Origin: Escherichia phage vB_EcoP_EcoN5 | Length of the DNA stretch: 64,000 nt | Reading direction: 5' to 3' (one strand) | Sequence record: MN715356 | Part shown: piece by piece, positions 30,554 through 39,661 of the stretch | Numbering within the stretch: the first letter of the stretch is position 1 | How the letters are laid out: the number at the start of each line of letters is the position of its first letter | Notes under the pieces: model-generated | Told to the model about the DNA's origin: nothing | What the model saw: only the letters and a program-made list of their open reading frames with translations | Databases searched by the model: none | Made by a program: the position numbers and the translations under genes

Positions 30554-30813
30554 CACTCTATTCCACGCTCTTTCAGAGCTTCTAACAATCCATTGTGATT
30601 GGCAGCACATTCTGTGTACTGGTCCTGATACCATTCCAACGTAGTGGCTAGTGCTTTTCCTTGAGCACTCTCTAAAAAAGGTAAGTCAACCCTGCATTCA
30701 GCTTTTAGGTTTGTTGGTAAGGGCATTGATTGCCTGCTGCTGTCGATCATTGAACATGCGGATGTACTCATCACTAGCGCAGACATTATAAAAAACTGGT
30801 TTAGTTTTCTCAT
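30553..30813 (-). CDS. small lipoprotein (outer-membrane spanin-like)
   Basis: From internal ATG: signal peptide MRKLNQFFIMSALVMSTSAC with lipobox-like Cys; overlaps end of upstream TM/coiled-coil gene in another frame. Confidence 0.4.
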
Positions 30814-31048
30814 AATGCATCTCTTTATAAACGGTTTCCGTGTTCTTCTTCCAGTTAGATAAACCGGTAAGAACTCTCTGAGCAACCTCATCAGCTGCCT
30901 TGCTTCTTTCAATCTCTAACTCTTGCTGGTGCTTCTCTTTGTCCAGATTACTACTGTCTGTTTGATATTCGTTAAACTTCATACCACCAAAGAATACAAG
31001 AGCTGAGAAAATGATAAACCCTAAGTTATCACTTAACGTGTTTTGCAT
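30698..31048 (-). CDS. type-II membrane coiled-coil protein (inner-membrane spanin-like)
   Basis: From ATG 31048: N-terminal TM segment LGFIIFSALVFFGG then charged helical region; overlapped by lipoprotein gene. Confidence 0.4.
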   Translation of the reverse strand: MQNTLSDNLGFIIFSALVFFGGMKFNEYQTDSSNLDKEKHQQELEIERSKAADEVAQRVLTGLSNWKKNTETVYKEMHYEKTKPVFYNVCASDEYIRMFNDRQQQAINALTNKPKS

Positions 31049-31060
31049 GCTGTCTCCAAC

Positions 31061-31084
31061 GAAAAAAGCCACCCGGAGGTGGCT
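31061..31084 (-). terminator. rho-independent terminator (minus strand) downstream of SSB gene
   Basis: Minus strand reads AGCCACC-TCCG-GGTGGCT followed by TTTTTT. Confidence 0.55.
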
Positions 31085-31105
31085 AAGCTATAACAAGGAG
31101 AGTTA

Positions 31106-31852
31106 TTAGAATGGGCTATCGTTGTCGTCTTCGTAAGTAGAAGCAGGCTCTTTATCAATCGTAGGGATTGAAGGAGTAGCTTCTTTCTGCTCTGTTTCAG
31201 AAGCACGAGTAATTTCACGACCAGCCAGAGGCATGTTCTTAGCGTCATTAGCTTGAGTAAGCAGGTTGCGCTGGAACGGGAACATCAGTTGATAGGATGC
31301 TACGTTCTCATCGGTTTCAGCATACGGTTCGAAGAATACCAGAGGGCTGCGAGCTTCACCAACTGCTGCACGATATTTGGTTGGGATTGGAGAAATGGTT
31401 TTGATGGAGTTTTTAACTTCACCAGCTTTGTTAGTATAAGAGTTAACCAGAATGTTAACAGGCTGACCTAACAGAACATCCTTGAACCAAGACAGATCAC
31501 CTTTCAGTGCTTGAATGCTTGGGTCAATCATCTTGCAGAGATCAAGAATACCAGAGTTCTTAGCTCGTGGGTTTACATCATAGCTCTTGAACTGGCAAGC
31601 CGGACGTGGTTCTAATGCCTTACCATCGGAATCTTTACCAGTAGCATCAACACCAATCAGCTCGAAAGCCAAATCCATACGGAAAGCCGGGTTCTTAGGA
31701 GTTACTGCTTTGGTCTTCGGGTCAATCCAAGGGTCACGATTGTGAACACCCAAACCTACTACACGAACGATACGTGCTTCGTACTCACCATCAGGGATTA
31801 CATCGTAGTTGGATTTACGGGAAGCAGTTGCGATAGTTGGAATCATAGACAT
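31106..31852 (-). CDS. single-stranded DNA-binding protein (T7 gp2.5-like)
   Basis: 248 aa with acidic C-terminal tail ending YEDDNDSPF; preceded by long promoter-like region, followed by terminator. Confidence 0.5.
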   Translation of the reverse strand: MSMIPTIATASRKSNYDVIPDGEYEARIVRVVGLGVHNRDPWIDPKTKAVTPKNPAFRMDLAFELIGVDATGKDSDGKALEPRPACQFKSYDVNPRAKNSGILDLCKMIDPSIQALKGDLSWFKDVLLGQPVNILVNSYTNKAGEVKNSIKTISPIPTKYRAAVGEARSPLVFFEPYAETDENVASYQLMFPFQRNLLTQANDAKNMPLAGREITRASETEQKEATPSIPTIDKEPASTYEDDNDSPF

Positions 31853-32246
31853 ATTTTAATTTCCTTATTTAATTTGAAAGATTGTTGCTCTCTTTGAGCG
31901 GTTATGTATAGTATACATTACGCTTATACCGATAAGAGTACTATATAATATAAGTATCTTTGGTAGTAGATATAACACACTAGTAATGTATATATTGTAT
32001 AGCTGATAAAGTTATTGCAGGCTTGTATATTGGGCAATTCACAGAATCCCTTGCAAGTACCGAAGGGCAGGAGCCACCTGCGAGATAAAAATAGAGAATT
32101 AAGGAATCCTTGATTTAGGTTGTAGGGACTCCTAGGGACTTTGATTCTCTATTTAAAAGAATATTAATTACTTACTTAAAACCAATTCAAAAAGAGAATA
32201 GCTAAAAGAACTATTCCTAAGAAAGCTAAGAAGTAAATGATATAAG
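31853..32246. promoter_or_regulatory. 394-bp AT-rich non-coding region upstream of SSB gene (likely promoters/regulatory sites)
   Basis: Largest ORF-free stretch in the window; TATAAT-like boxes (e.g. tatataatataag) and short repeats (tagggact x2). Confidence 0.35.
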
Positions 32247-32411
32247 TTACCATTCAAGTAAACCTTTAAAGTTAGTTTGTTCTACTATCCTCTGATAACG
32301 AAGATTAGAATCAGATTGTTTCTTTAACATCTCATTATATTTATCTCTGATAGAGTCTTTATAAACTACAGGTTCTTTAAATAATGAGATCTTGTTCTTT
32401 CCTTCTTTCAT
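32247..32411 (-). CDS. hypothetical small protein
   Basis: ORF 32247..32495 trimmed to internal ATG; still overlaps 3' end of phosphoesterase gene. Confidence 0.3.
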   Translation of the reverse strand: MKEGKNKISLFKEPVVYKDSIRDKYNEMLKKQSDSNLRYQRIVEQTNFKGLLEW

Positions 32412-32880
32412 CGAAAACCTTCCTAATCTCTTGCAGAGAAACAGCTTTATAGTTAATTTGCTCCATTGATGTACAGAAATATCTCCAATCATCAATTACA
32501 TGGTTATGTGTATGAGCATAAATATTAAACTTCCCTCTCATTTCATCAGTGTGAATAGGAATGTGAGTTACCCAAAACTCTTTATATTTAAAATCACCAG
32601 AGAGTCTACGAAAGACTTTCATCATATCAGGGAGAAGTTCTAACCTATCATGATTCCCTAAGACCAGATGCTTCTCTCCTTTTACTTCAGCGATAATATC
32701 AAGGGCATACTTTTCAAATACCCAATCACCAGTAAAGAAGATTTTATCACGTTTGGTTACATGGTCAAAAGCAGCTAGAATTGCTTTGTCATGTTCTTCG
32801 ATGTTTTTAAATTGCTTACGAAAACTACAGATGTTTCGATGACCTAAATGACCGTCTCCTGCAAAATAAACTTCAGCCAT
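32377..32880 (-). CDS. calcineurin-like metallophosphoesterase (Ser/Thr phosphatase family)
   Basis: Motifs FAGDGHLGH, FFTGDWV, LGNHD match GDxHG / GDxxDRG / GNHE metallophosphatase signatures. Confidence 0.6.
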   Translation of the reverse strand: MAEVYFAGDGHLGHRNICSFRKQFKNIEEHDKAILAAFDHVTKRDKIFFTGDWVFEKYALDIIAEVKGEKHLVLGNHDRLELLPDMMKVFRRLSGDFKYKEFWVTHIPIHTDEMRGKFNIYAHTHNHVIDDWRYFCTSMEQINYKAVSLQEIRKVFDERRKEQDLII

Positions 32881-32889
32881 AAAGACCTC

Positions 32890-33105
32890 TTAAATTGTAC
32901 ACCCATCACAGGTTAAGTCGCCTAACAGGGACAGGGAAAGTAGTCTGGATTGCTCATCACTATATAGTTGATCAATCTCTTCTTTAAGTTTTGCCAACTC
33001 TATGAAATTGATAAGTTGACCATGTTCAAGACAGTCTGTTTTTAGTATAAACAAAACTTCAGCGTCCGTTGAATCTTCACTTGAATATTTATCAATGTAT
33101 TCCAT
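32890..33105 (-). CDS. hypothetical small protein
   Basis: 71-aa co-oriented ORF. Confidence 0.35.
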   Translation of the reverse strand: MEYIDKYSSEDSTDAEVLFILKTDCLEHGQLINFIELAKLKEEIDQLYSDEQSRLLSLSLLGDLTCDGCTI

Positions 33106-33107
33106 TT

Positions 33108-33329
33108 TTATGCCACATCTCCTTGTTTGTTGTTAATAACATCCAGTGCTGTATACGCTTTACCTGTTCCTAAGTATTCTAGAACTGGAGGACTCTTCTT
33201 TTCTTCAGCGACTACATAAGGTGTGATCTTCCCTTTCAGTACAGCCTGAGATGCTTTAGCGCTGGCTTCAGATGTGTGAACAGTAGTAAGCCCTTTATTT
33301 CCAATTCTATAAGTATGAACCCAAATCAT
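33108..33329 (-). CDS. hypothetical small protein
   Basis: 73-aa co-oriented ORF. Confidence 0.35.
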   Translation of the reverse strand: MIWVHTYRIGNKGLTTVHTSEASAKASQAVLKGKITPYVVAEEKKSPPVLEYLGTGKAYTALDVINNKQGDVA

Positions 33330-33532
33330 TTAACTTCCTCAATATCAACTAATTCAAAACTTCCTATTTCTTCAAGTTTGATAATCTCTTTAACCTTCTC
33401 AACAGCTTTAATAGGGTTTTCTTCTTCTACAACTTTACACCCTGACACTTCAAGACTACCTGTTCCACGAAGGTATAAATTTAACTTATAAACTACTTTG
33501 TAGTATTTCATCGTGCTCCCAATTTCTTTCAT
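33326..33532 (-). CDS. hypothetical small protein
   Basis: 68-aa co-oriented ORF; overlaps neighbour by 4 nt. Confidence 0.35.
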   Translation of the reverse strand: MKEIGSTMKYYKVVYKLNLYLRGTGSLEVSGCKVVEEENPIKAVEKVKEIIKLEEIGSFELVDIEEVK

Positions 33533-33665
33533 AATATCCAGAGTTGTAGTTTAGGGCGCATTTCTCGGCCTCTTCTATGTCGTCTGTGTTTAGGATATTT
33601 ACCCATCCTCCAACTTCATCAAAACCTTCTTCTACTTCGTTAAACCATACACTATACTTTTTCAT
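33486..33665 (-). CDS. hypothetical small protein
   Basis: ORF 33486..33698 trimmed to ATG (MKKYSVW) that overlaps upstream stop. Confidence 0.3.
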   Translation of the reverse strand: MKKYSVWFNEVEEGFDEVGGWVNILNTDDIEEAEKCALNYNSGYYERNWEHDEILQSSL

Positions 33666-33838
33666 CGAGAAGTTCTTCCCCAATCTTTTACATAGCATCG
33701 ACCGTTAATCCACTTTGTCTCTGACTTAAACTCTTGAGACAATCTCACTTCACAGTCTTCTCTACTGGCATCCCCTCCGATATCGATAAGATACAGGAAT
33801 AGAGCTACACCTAAAGCCCAAAGAATTATCTTCTTCAT
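33662..33838 (-). CDS. small membrane/secreted protein (58 aa)
   Basis: Unlisted ORF MKKIILWALGVALFLYLIDIGG... with hydrophobic N-terminus; ATGA overlap at both ends. Confidence 0.35.
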   Translation of the reverse strand: MKKIILWALGVALFLYLIDIGGDASREDCEVRLSQEFKSETKWINGRCYVKDWGRTSR

Positions 33839-34245
33839 CGAATCACCAAAGGCTCTTCAGAGTACACAGGAGCGGCTATTTCTACAGGAGGTGCTGCCCT
33901 AAGGTCATTAAGTCTTACGCCCTTCAGCATACCGTCTAGGTGGTCCTTTTTGGGAATTCCAACAGGGAAGTCATCAATCCAGATATCTACAAAGAAACCT
34001 AACTGTCGACACACCTCATCCTTCTGCACACCATTACAAAAGATGACAGGGATTTGCAGGGTCTCTGCATCATGGAGGATATCCACGTTATCATAACCAT
34101 TAGGCTCTGAGAAACGGAAAGTCACGAATCTTACATCATGTCCATGCCCTTTCATCAAGCCTATCACATCTCTCCACAGTCGTCTGTCTGCTGTGTAAGT
34201 GTCATCATAATCTAAACCAATATTCATGTCAAATCCTTTAGACAA
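33835..34245 (-). CDS. HAD-superfamily phosphatase (5'-deoxyribonucleotidase-like)
   Basis: Motif I NIGLDYDDTY (DxDxT) and VDIWIDD. Confidence 0.4.
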   Translation of the reverse strand: MSKGFDMNIGLDYDDTYTADRRLWRDVIGLMKGHGHDVRFVTFRFSEPNGYDNVDILHDAETLQIPVIFCNGVQKDEVCRQLGFFVDIWIDDFPVGIPKKDHLDGMLKGVRLNDLRAAPPVEIAAPVYSEEPLVIR

Positions 34246-34270
34246 GAAAAGCCGCCCGAAGGCAGCTTCT
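34241..34270 (-). terminator. rho-independent terminator (minus strand)
   Basis: Minus strand: AAGCTGCC-TTCG-GGCGGCTT (one G.U pair) followed by TTTTCTTGTC. Confidence 0.4.
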
Positions 34271-34459
34271 TATTTAACTGTTCACTTTAGCTTCAAGTGT
34301 TTCGTTTTCAATACTCAAGTCAATCACTACACCAGTAAGCTCAACAACTGCTTGGCGAAGGGCATCTTTACCCATAGAATGTACTTGAGATAAGAAGAAA
34401 GCTTTACCTTCTTCAGTGGATAGAGTTTCTTTTAATTCAGAAGCAGTCATTGATATTCC

Positions 34460-34654
34460 TTATGTTATGTTATAAATTCGCATGATTGTACCGCCATTGG
34501 CTTCAATAGCAGCAACCATTTGGTTTCGTTCTTCATCCGTGTAAACTAACACACTTCTAAATTCACCTGTTGCGTCAGTATAAAGGATGTTATACTTCGG
34601 AGGTGGCTTACGGTAGATACCTTCCATCACTCTTTCTCCTCTCGTTCTTTCCAC
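34460..34654 (-). CDS. hypothetical small protein
   Basis: 64-aa co-oriented ORF. Confidence 0.35.
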   Translation of the reverse strand: MERTRGERVMEGIYRKPPPKYNILYTDATGEFRSVLVYTDEERNQMVAAIEANGGTIMRIYNIT

Positions 34655-34810
34655 AGTTCAGCAAGTTCTAAATAAAACTCAGCTTCATCAGGACGTCCTT
34701 GTTCATTACAGATGGCGCTCTGACGATAACACCAATCCGATGGCATCTCTTCCACTTCAATCTCCTTGTTACGAACTAATCAATAAGAATAGTTCATTCG
34801 TCTTATTTAT

Positions 34811-35005
34811 TCACTCTGCCAAAGCAGGTACTTCTATCCTTTTGACTGTGAATGTCTTGTTTGGAAACTTTCGAACTAACTCTGCTGCTTTGGTTATTGC
34901 TAAGTTCTCTGTCTCAAAGATACATAGTTGACCGTTTAATGCTATAAGAGTGGAGCCACCACTGAAGATGGCCCAAGATTCATAATAACCCTTAATACTC
35001 ATCAC
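34811..35005 (-). CDS. hypothetical small protein
   Basis: 64-aa co-oriented ORF, 4-nt overlap with neighbour. Confidence 0.35.
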   Translation of the reverse strand: MMSIKGYYESWAIFSGGSTLIALNGQLCIFETENLAITKAAELVRKFPNKTFTVKRIEVPALAE

Positions 35006-35370
35006 TCAACCTCAATACTATATAGAGTTTTCAGTGTATTTTTAATCCAAGCCCGTCGTTTTGGATTCTTATGATGTGCCCCGTTGTCTCTATCTCTAAA
35101 ATATTGATCACATCCGAAGGGATATGTTGGGTCAAAGAACTCTTCTTGATTAAACATATTCTTCATGTCGTCAATATCTAAATGCTTTGTGAAATAATGA
35201 TATCTCTTATAACAGCGGAAGTTGAAGCATAATCCTTGATCTTCACTAAACCATTTTGGATAAATTCCAGTCTTAGCTATTTCATAATATTGGAGGAGGA
35301 AATCCTCCATCCCCCTCTCTTTAGCTAAACATCTCAATGTTCTGTAGATGATATTGGTTTCTTTCATCAC
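35002..35370 (-). CDS. hypothetical protein
   Basis: 122-aa co-oriented ORF downstream of polymerase gene. Confidence 0.4.
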   Translation of the reverse strand: MMKETNIIYRTLRCLAKERGMEDFLLQYYEIAKTGIYPKWFSEDQGLCFNFRCYKRYHYFTKHLDIDDMKNMFNQEEFFDPTYPFGCDQYFRDRDNGAHHKNPKRRAWIKNTLKTLYSIEVE

Positions 35371-35376
35371 TCACCT

Positions 35377-37221
35377 TTAGTGTGTATGCATCCAGTTAAG
35401 TCCAATCTGACAATCAGATGCCAGAGGACATTCCATGTTCAAATACTCACCAGCCTTCTTAACACAAAGCTCGGTGTGTTCTTTGAGTTTCTGTACATCA
35501 TTACGGTTCACTGAGAACTGGCCCTCATCGTGCATATCAATTACTTTAGCACAACGAACTCCATCTTTCTCAATCCACTTGTTAAGGAACATCATAGCGT
35601 ATTTCATAACAACAGCACCAGCGCATTGCAGGAGTGTGTTAAGGGCTTTATGAACCATAACCTTACCAGTGGCATCTCGTCTCATTGTAATCTTACGACC
35701 ATCAACACCAATCAAGTATCCTTGAGCAGCTTTCTCTGTCATACGATCAATGAGGATTGCAATACATGGGTTCTCTGCCAAGAATCGTGCTCGCATCACT
35801 GAACCTTCGTCAGCCCCACCACCTACAATCGAACCAAGCTTAGCATCACCAGCACCATAGTTGAATGCGTAGATAAACGTCTTAGCATTGTCACGAGTAG
35901 GAAGACCAGCAAGTTTCTGGTTGTGGGAGTGGATATCACCTTCAAGGAGAATATCACGATACATAATAGCAGAAGCTAAACCACGTTCTGCCAGAGCTTT
36001 CTTAGCTGGATTATTCTCTTCTATTGCTTCAGCAAGCATGTCCCTACACTCTTTAATGAGGTAGTGTGCAAGCATACGCAACTCTAACCCAGAACCATCA
36101 TACCCCAAGAATACTTCTTTACCAGCGGGTATGTAATATTTGTAAGCACCTACAGGTTTGTCTTTCTTCCCCGGCTTACCTTTTTCATAAATTACGTTAG
36201 TACCTTTTCGTATATAACAACCATCAGGAACAACGTTAGTAATAACGAAAGGACGAGAGTGATCATCATCTGAGTTATAGTCAGATTCAAACAAACTGCG
36301 ACACTCATGACCAAACAAACCACGGGAGGGAATATTAACCACGATACGATGTTTGAATCGAAAAGTCGGCGTAGCGCAGCTGTTAGCTTCTGCCGAAAGT
36401 TTACCATCTTCGCGCTCCTTTGCTATAAGTCCACTAATAAGACCTAGCCTGTGAGCCGCTACAACGCGTCTCTTAAGCAAACTTCCGACACTCCCTAGCT
36501 CACCCCCTAACCCTTCTTCAAGAGTCTCCTCGAGGTTTGTAGGAGCTGTAGGCCACTTGTTTGATGTAGCTAGTGCTATCTTAATCTCATCAAAAGTGAT
36601 AGGTCTACGTCGGTTAGGGTTTAAACCTAAACCAAATACATAAGCCTTCATGTAGTTCTTAGTTTTAAACCTAAAATGCTTCTCTAAGAACTTCCTAATA
36701 TCAGCGTCAACCATCTCGGCTGTCTGCTTCTGTTTAGCATTACCTCGCATCCAAGCTGAATACCATGCTTGGTATGTTCCATACTTTCGCATATCTTTCT
36801 TGATTTCAAAAGTATTCCAAGGTTTCTTTGATACATTAAACTCTGGAGGAAGAAAGCCCTCATCCATAAGGGCTTCTTTAACTCGTGCATCTTTCGATGG
36901 GTCAAAGTCTACGTATTCAACACAGGTGAATGCTCCACCAATATCTTCCCTCTTAAGGCCAACTCTATCGCAATAGGCTTGAGGCCACTTCTGTAAAGCT
37001 CCAGACTTCTTAAATGGCTTCATATAAGTAGAGCCATCTAATCTCATCTTAGGTAAGAGAGGAATCAGTTCTTTGTCAATATTAACAATAATCTCTTTAA
37101 GGAGGTGAACATACCACCGAGCATTTCTTCGGTTGAAACTCACTCCGTGCTTCGCTTGCTTAGAGATTATATCAGCGACAGTCATCTCTGTCAAAAATGG
37201 GAGAGCGTCCGGGTTGCTCAC
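35377..37221 (-). CDS. DNA polymerase, family A polymerase domain only (T7 gp5-like, no exonuclease domain)
   Basis: Motif A YDGSGLELRMLAHY, motif B RDNAKTFIYAFNYGAG, motif C VIDMHDEGQF; 614 aa, too short to include a proofreading domain. Confidence 0.7.
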   Translation of the reverse strand: MSNPDALPFLTEMTVADIISKQAKHGVSFNRRNARWYVHLLKEIIVNIDKELIPLLPKMRLDGSTYMKPFKKSGALQKWPQAYCDRVGLKREDIGGAFTCVEYVDFDPSKDARVKEALMDEGFLPPEFNVSKKPWNTFEIKKDMRKYGTYQAWYSAWMRGNAKQKQTAEMVDADIRKFLEKHFRFKTKNYMKAYVFGLGLNPNRRRPITFDEIKIALATSNKWPTAPTNLEETLEEGLGGELGSVGSLLKRRVVAAHRLGLISGLIAKEREDGKLSAEANSCATPTFRFKHRIVVNIPSRGLFGHECRSLFESDYNSDDDHSRPFVITNVVPDGCYIRKGTNVIYEKGKPGKKDKPVGAYKYYIPAGKEVFLGYDGSGLELRMLAHYLIKECRDMLAEAIEENNPAKKALAERGLASAIMYRDILLEGDIHSHNQKLAGLPTRDNAKTFIYAFNYGAGDAKLGSIVGGGADEGSVMRARFLAENPCIAILIDRMTEKAAQGYLIGVDGRKITMRRDATGKVMVHKALNTLLQCAGAVVMKYAMMFLNKWIEKDGVRCAKVIDMHDEGQFSVNRNDVQKLKEHTELCVKKAGEYLNMECPLASDCQIGLNWMHTH

Positions 37222-37237
37222 TTTATACTCCTTTAAA

Positions 37238-37651
37238 TTATTGGTAAATCAAATCCGTAAATGCTTGATTGTCTTCTATCACATCTAAGGATGTAGAATC
37301 AACAGCGTATGTTCTCATTGCTGCATTTGTTTGTGCCCAAGTAGGTGGGGAGTAAGAAGACCTAACCTCACGAGGTTGCTCTCGTACTAGATGAGCCACA
37401 ACTCTTTGGTTAGCGACCTCTTCTCTTTCTCGGATAGCTCTCTGGATGTAAGCCAACTTCATACCCCAAGCTTCTTCAAACTCTTGAGGGTGCTTATCAC
37501 TGATAACTACATACTGACGTTCAGGGATACCAGATCGAATTTCTGATAAAAGTTCATGGAACAAGTCCAGTTCATGTTCAGTGAGATTCATTTCAATATC
37601 ATCCCACTTGAGAACTAAGAAACGGTTTTGGTGTCTAGCTGGTAATGGCAT
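37238..37651 (-). CDS. hypothetical protein
   Basis: 137-aa co-oriented ORF. Confidence 0.4.
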   Translation of the reverse strand: MPLPARHQNRFLVLKWDDIEMNLTEHELDLFHELLSEIRSGIPERQYVVISDKHPQEFEEAWGMKLAYIQRAIREREEVANQRVVAHLVREQPREVRSSYSPPTWAQTNAAMRTYAVDSTSLDVIEDNQAFTDLIYQ

Positions 37652-37652
37652 T

Positions 37653-37811
37653 CTACTCCACCTCTACTCTAACGTAAGTTCTCTCGCCAACATCATCTTT
37701 CCAGACCCATGACTTGGCATCTTCTTCAGACTTAAAAGCTTTCACAACGCTGTATCCACCTTCCCATTCATCACCAAACCAGCGCTGTCCTACGTAAACA
37801 TATTCTTTCAT
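37653..37811 (-). CDS. small hypothetical protein (52 aa)
   Basis: Unlisted short ORF MKEYVYVGQRWFGDEW... filling the gap between neighbouring genes. Confidence 0.25.
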   Translation of the reverse strand: MKEYVYVGQRWFGDEWEGGYSVVKAFKSEEDAKSWVWKDDVGERTYVRVEVE

Positions 37812-37814
37812 TAT

Positions 37815-38090
37815 TTAACCTTTTGGGAATGGCATTAAAAATTCCATAGCAGATTTAATTTCATTATTGATTCGTGCATCTCGATAAGAGATAAACTTAC
37901 CTTTGCTATCACGTAACATTACATGAGTTCTAGCTGTTACGTGGGGAAGTAATGTAATACTAGTTGGGATTCTATCAATCCCTACAGAACATCTGTCAAT
38001 AGTTTTGCTTTCAGTTAACAAATAAGACCAAGTCTGCTCTGGATGGTTAGGGTATGTGTCTCGAATCTGAACCATAGCTAACTTATTCAT
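37815..38090 (-). CDS. hypothetical small protein, tandem paralog A
   Basis: Shares ...TART.V.LR...GKFISY...PFPKG with adjacent gene. Confidence 0.4.
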   Translation of the reverse strand: MNKLAMVQIRDTYPNHPEQTWSYLLTESKTIDRCSVGIDRIPTSITLLPHVTARTHVMLRDSKGKFISYRDARINNEIKSAMEFLMPFPKG

Positions 38091-38091
38091 A

Positions 38092-38349
38092 TTAAACTCC
38101 TTTAGGGAATGGGATGAGGTTTTCTACTGCAACACGGTACTCTTTCTCTACATCTTTATTCTTGTAGGAAATGAATTTACCATCAGCACCACGGAGGATT
38201 ACATTAGTACGAGCTGTTTTTGGGTTATGACCAATCTGGTTTGCAATGAGACTGACGTTGTGTTTAGTATTATGATTATTGGTGAATTTCCACTTAGCCA
38301 GACGGTTAGTCATTACATCAATGATAGTTACGGTTTTTACAATAGACAT
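38092..38349 (-). CDS. hypothetical small protein, tandem paralog B
   Basis: Shares ...TARTNVILRGADGKFISY...LIPFPKG with adjacent gene. Confidence 0.4.
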   Translation of the reverse strand: MSIVKTVTIIDVMTNRLAKWKFTNNHNTKHNVSLIANQIGHNPKTARTNVILRGADGKFISYKNKDVEKEYRVAVENLIPFPKGV

Positions 38350-38428
38350 ATTTGTTACCTAAGAAGTTTAGTTTGGTTTATATAAAAGAAAAGGCCACCC
38401 ATTTGGGTAGCCTCGTATTACGATGAGC

Positions 38429-38923
38429 TTAAAGCTCCTTTAAAGCATGGAGTATTGCTGTATGGCTCACGCCAAATAACTTACCGAGACCTCTAGAGCC
38501 ATAATCTCTAGAACCTTTTACATACATTTGTTTGATCTTTACAACATCTACAGATGATAGTTTGGTAGCTGCATTATGATCACGAGATTTTCCAACATTC
38601 AAGCCCGTGTCGAATGCATGTCTCATGTTTTCAGAAGGAGTCACCCATTCAAGATTCTCTACCCTGTTATCAGATTTAATTCCATTTATATGGTTTATCT
38701 CTGGATAGTTGTTAGGGTTTGGTATCAAATGTGTTGCTATAAGTCTGTGAGCCTTCCAATGCCTACCCTCGAAAAAGATGCCTATATAACCTTTTCGGTT
38801 TATATGACCAGCCTCTTTGACGGGATGACTCTTGTTCCACTTACGACCTTTTTCTGTAGATGAAGTAAAGAAGAGCTTTCCAGATTTTTCATCATAAGAA
38901 AGCCAACTTCTAATAGGAATCAC
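38429..38923 (-). CDS. HNH homing endonuclease
   Basis: Motif EINHINGIKSDNRVENLEWVTPSENMRH. Confidence 0.6.
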   Translation of the reverse strand: MIPIRSWLSYDEKSGKLFFTSSTEKGRKWNKSHPVKEAGHINRKGYIGIFFEGRHWKAHRLIATHLIPNPNNYPEINHINGIKSDNRVENLEWVTPSENMRHAFDTGLNVGKSRDHNAATKLSSVDVVKIKQMYVKGSRDYGSRGLGKLFGVSHTAILHALKEL

Positions 38924-39240
38924 TGACTCAGTGCCCCTTTTCGCTTAGCTGCTCCAGCCGCTTTTCCAGCTCGATCACCACTTTTGCCGCCGTTTGAACG
39001 GTTTGAGCTGACTGATTCAACACGTAAGTTGCTTGACGCATTAGAGCCTCCAGACTTGACAGCTCGTTTGTGTCCAACATCTTTACCTCTGACAGCAGCT
39101 TTTCCATCGCGCTTTTCAACGATGCGACGTGCACGGTGGCGCTGAGCATCTCCGCTCTTGCTCCCAACGCCTGTCTCACCACGGGCAATTGCGGTACGTC
39201 TTTCTTGTGCATAATCTCTCTTTCCTACATGGTCTGCCAT
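38920..39240 (-). CDS. hypothetical basic low-complexity protein (frame uncertain; alternative ORF 38928..39212)
   Basis: Two long minus-strand ORFs in different frames cover the same DNA; this one abuts the HNH start. Confidence 0.3.
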   Translation of the reverse strand: MADHVGKRDYAQERRTAIARGETGVGSKSGDAQRHRARRIVEKRDGKAAVRGKDVGHKRAVKSGGSNASSNLRVESVSSNRSNGGKSGDRAGKAAGAAKRKGALSQ

Positions 39241-39294
39241 TTAGAACTCCTTAATATATCAGTGTACACTAAGGAGTATACATTATGGATGCTA

Positions 39295-39482
39295 TTAAAA
39301 CTCTGCTAAGTATTTAATATCAGAGGCATATACCTCATCAAAGGAGATAACTTCCCCGTTGTAAAGAAGTTCTATCTTCAATATACCAGAGCATTTGGTG
39401 TCTTTAGAATCAACCCTGATAGAGAGTTTATCAACTATCTGAGCTTTAATCTCTTCTATTACTGACTCTTGAGTATTACTCA
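39295..39482 (-). CDS. hypothetical small protein
   Basis: ORF 39295..39543 trimmed to GTG start after upstream stop. Confidence 0.3.
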
Positions 39483-39661
39483 CTCCACCCTCCCGGTGGA
39501 ACAAAATCATCAGGAACGTCAATGATAGTAGGTTCTCCATCATTCATGCAGGTGTCTTCATTGAACTCTTCACACTCAAAACATGCTCGTTCGATATTTT
39601 TGTAGAAGTCGATGGTTGCTGAACCATCACCACAATCTCGGATAACTAAAGCGACTTTCAT
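39476..39661 (-). CDS. hypothetical small Cys-containing protein
   Basis: 61-aa ORF, 4-nt overlap with PhoH gene. Confidence 0.35.
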   Translation of the reverse strand: MKVALVIRDCGDGSATIDFYKNIERACFECEEFNEDTCMNDGEPTIIDVPDDFVPPGGWSE

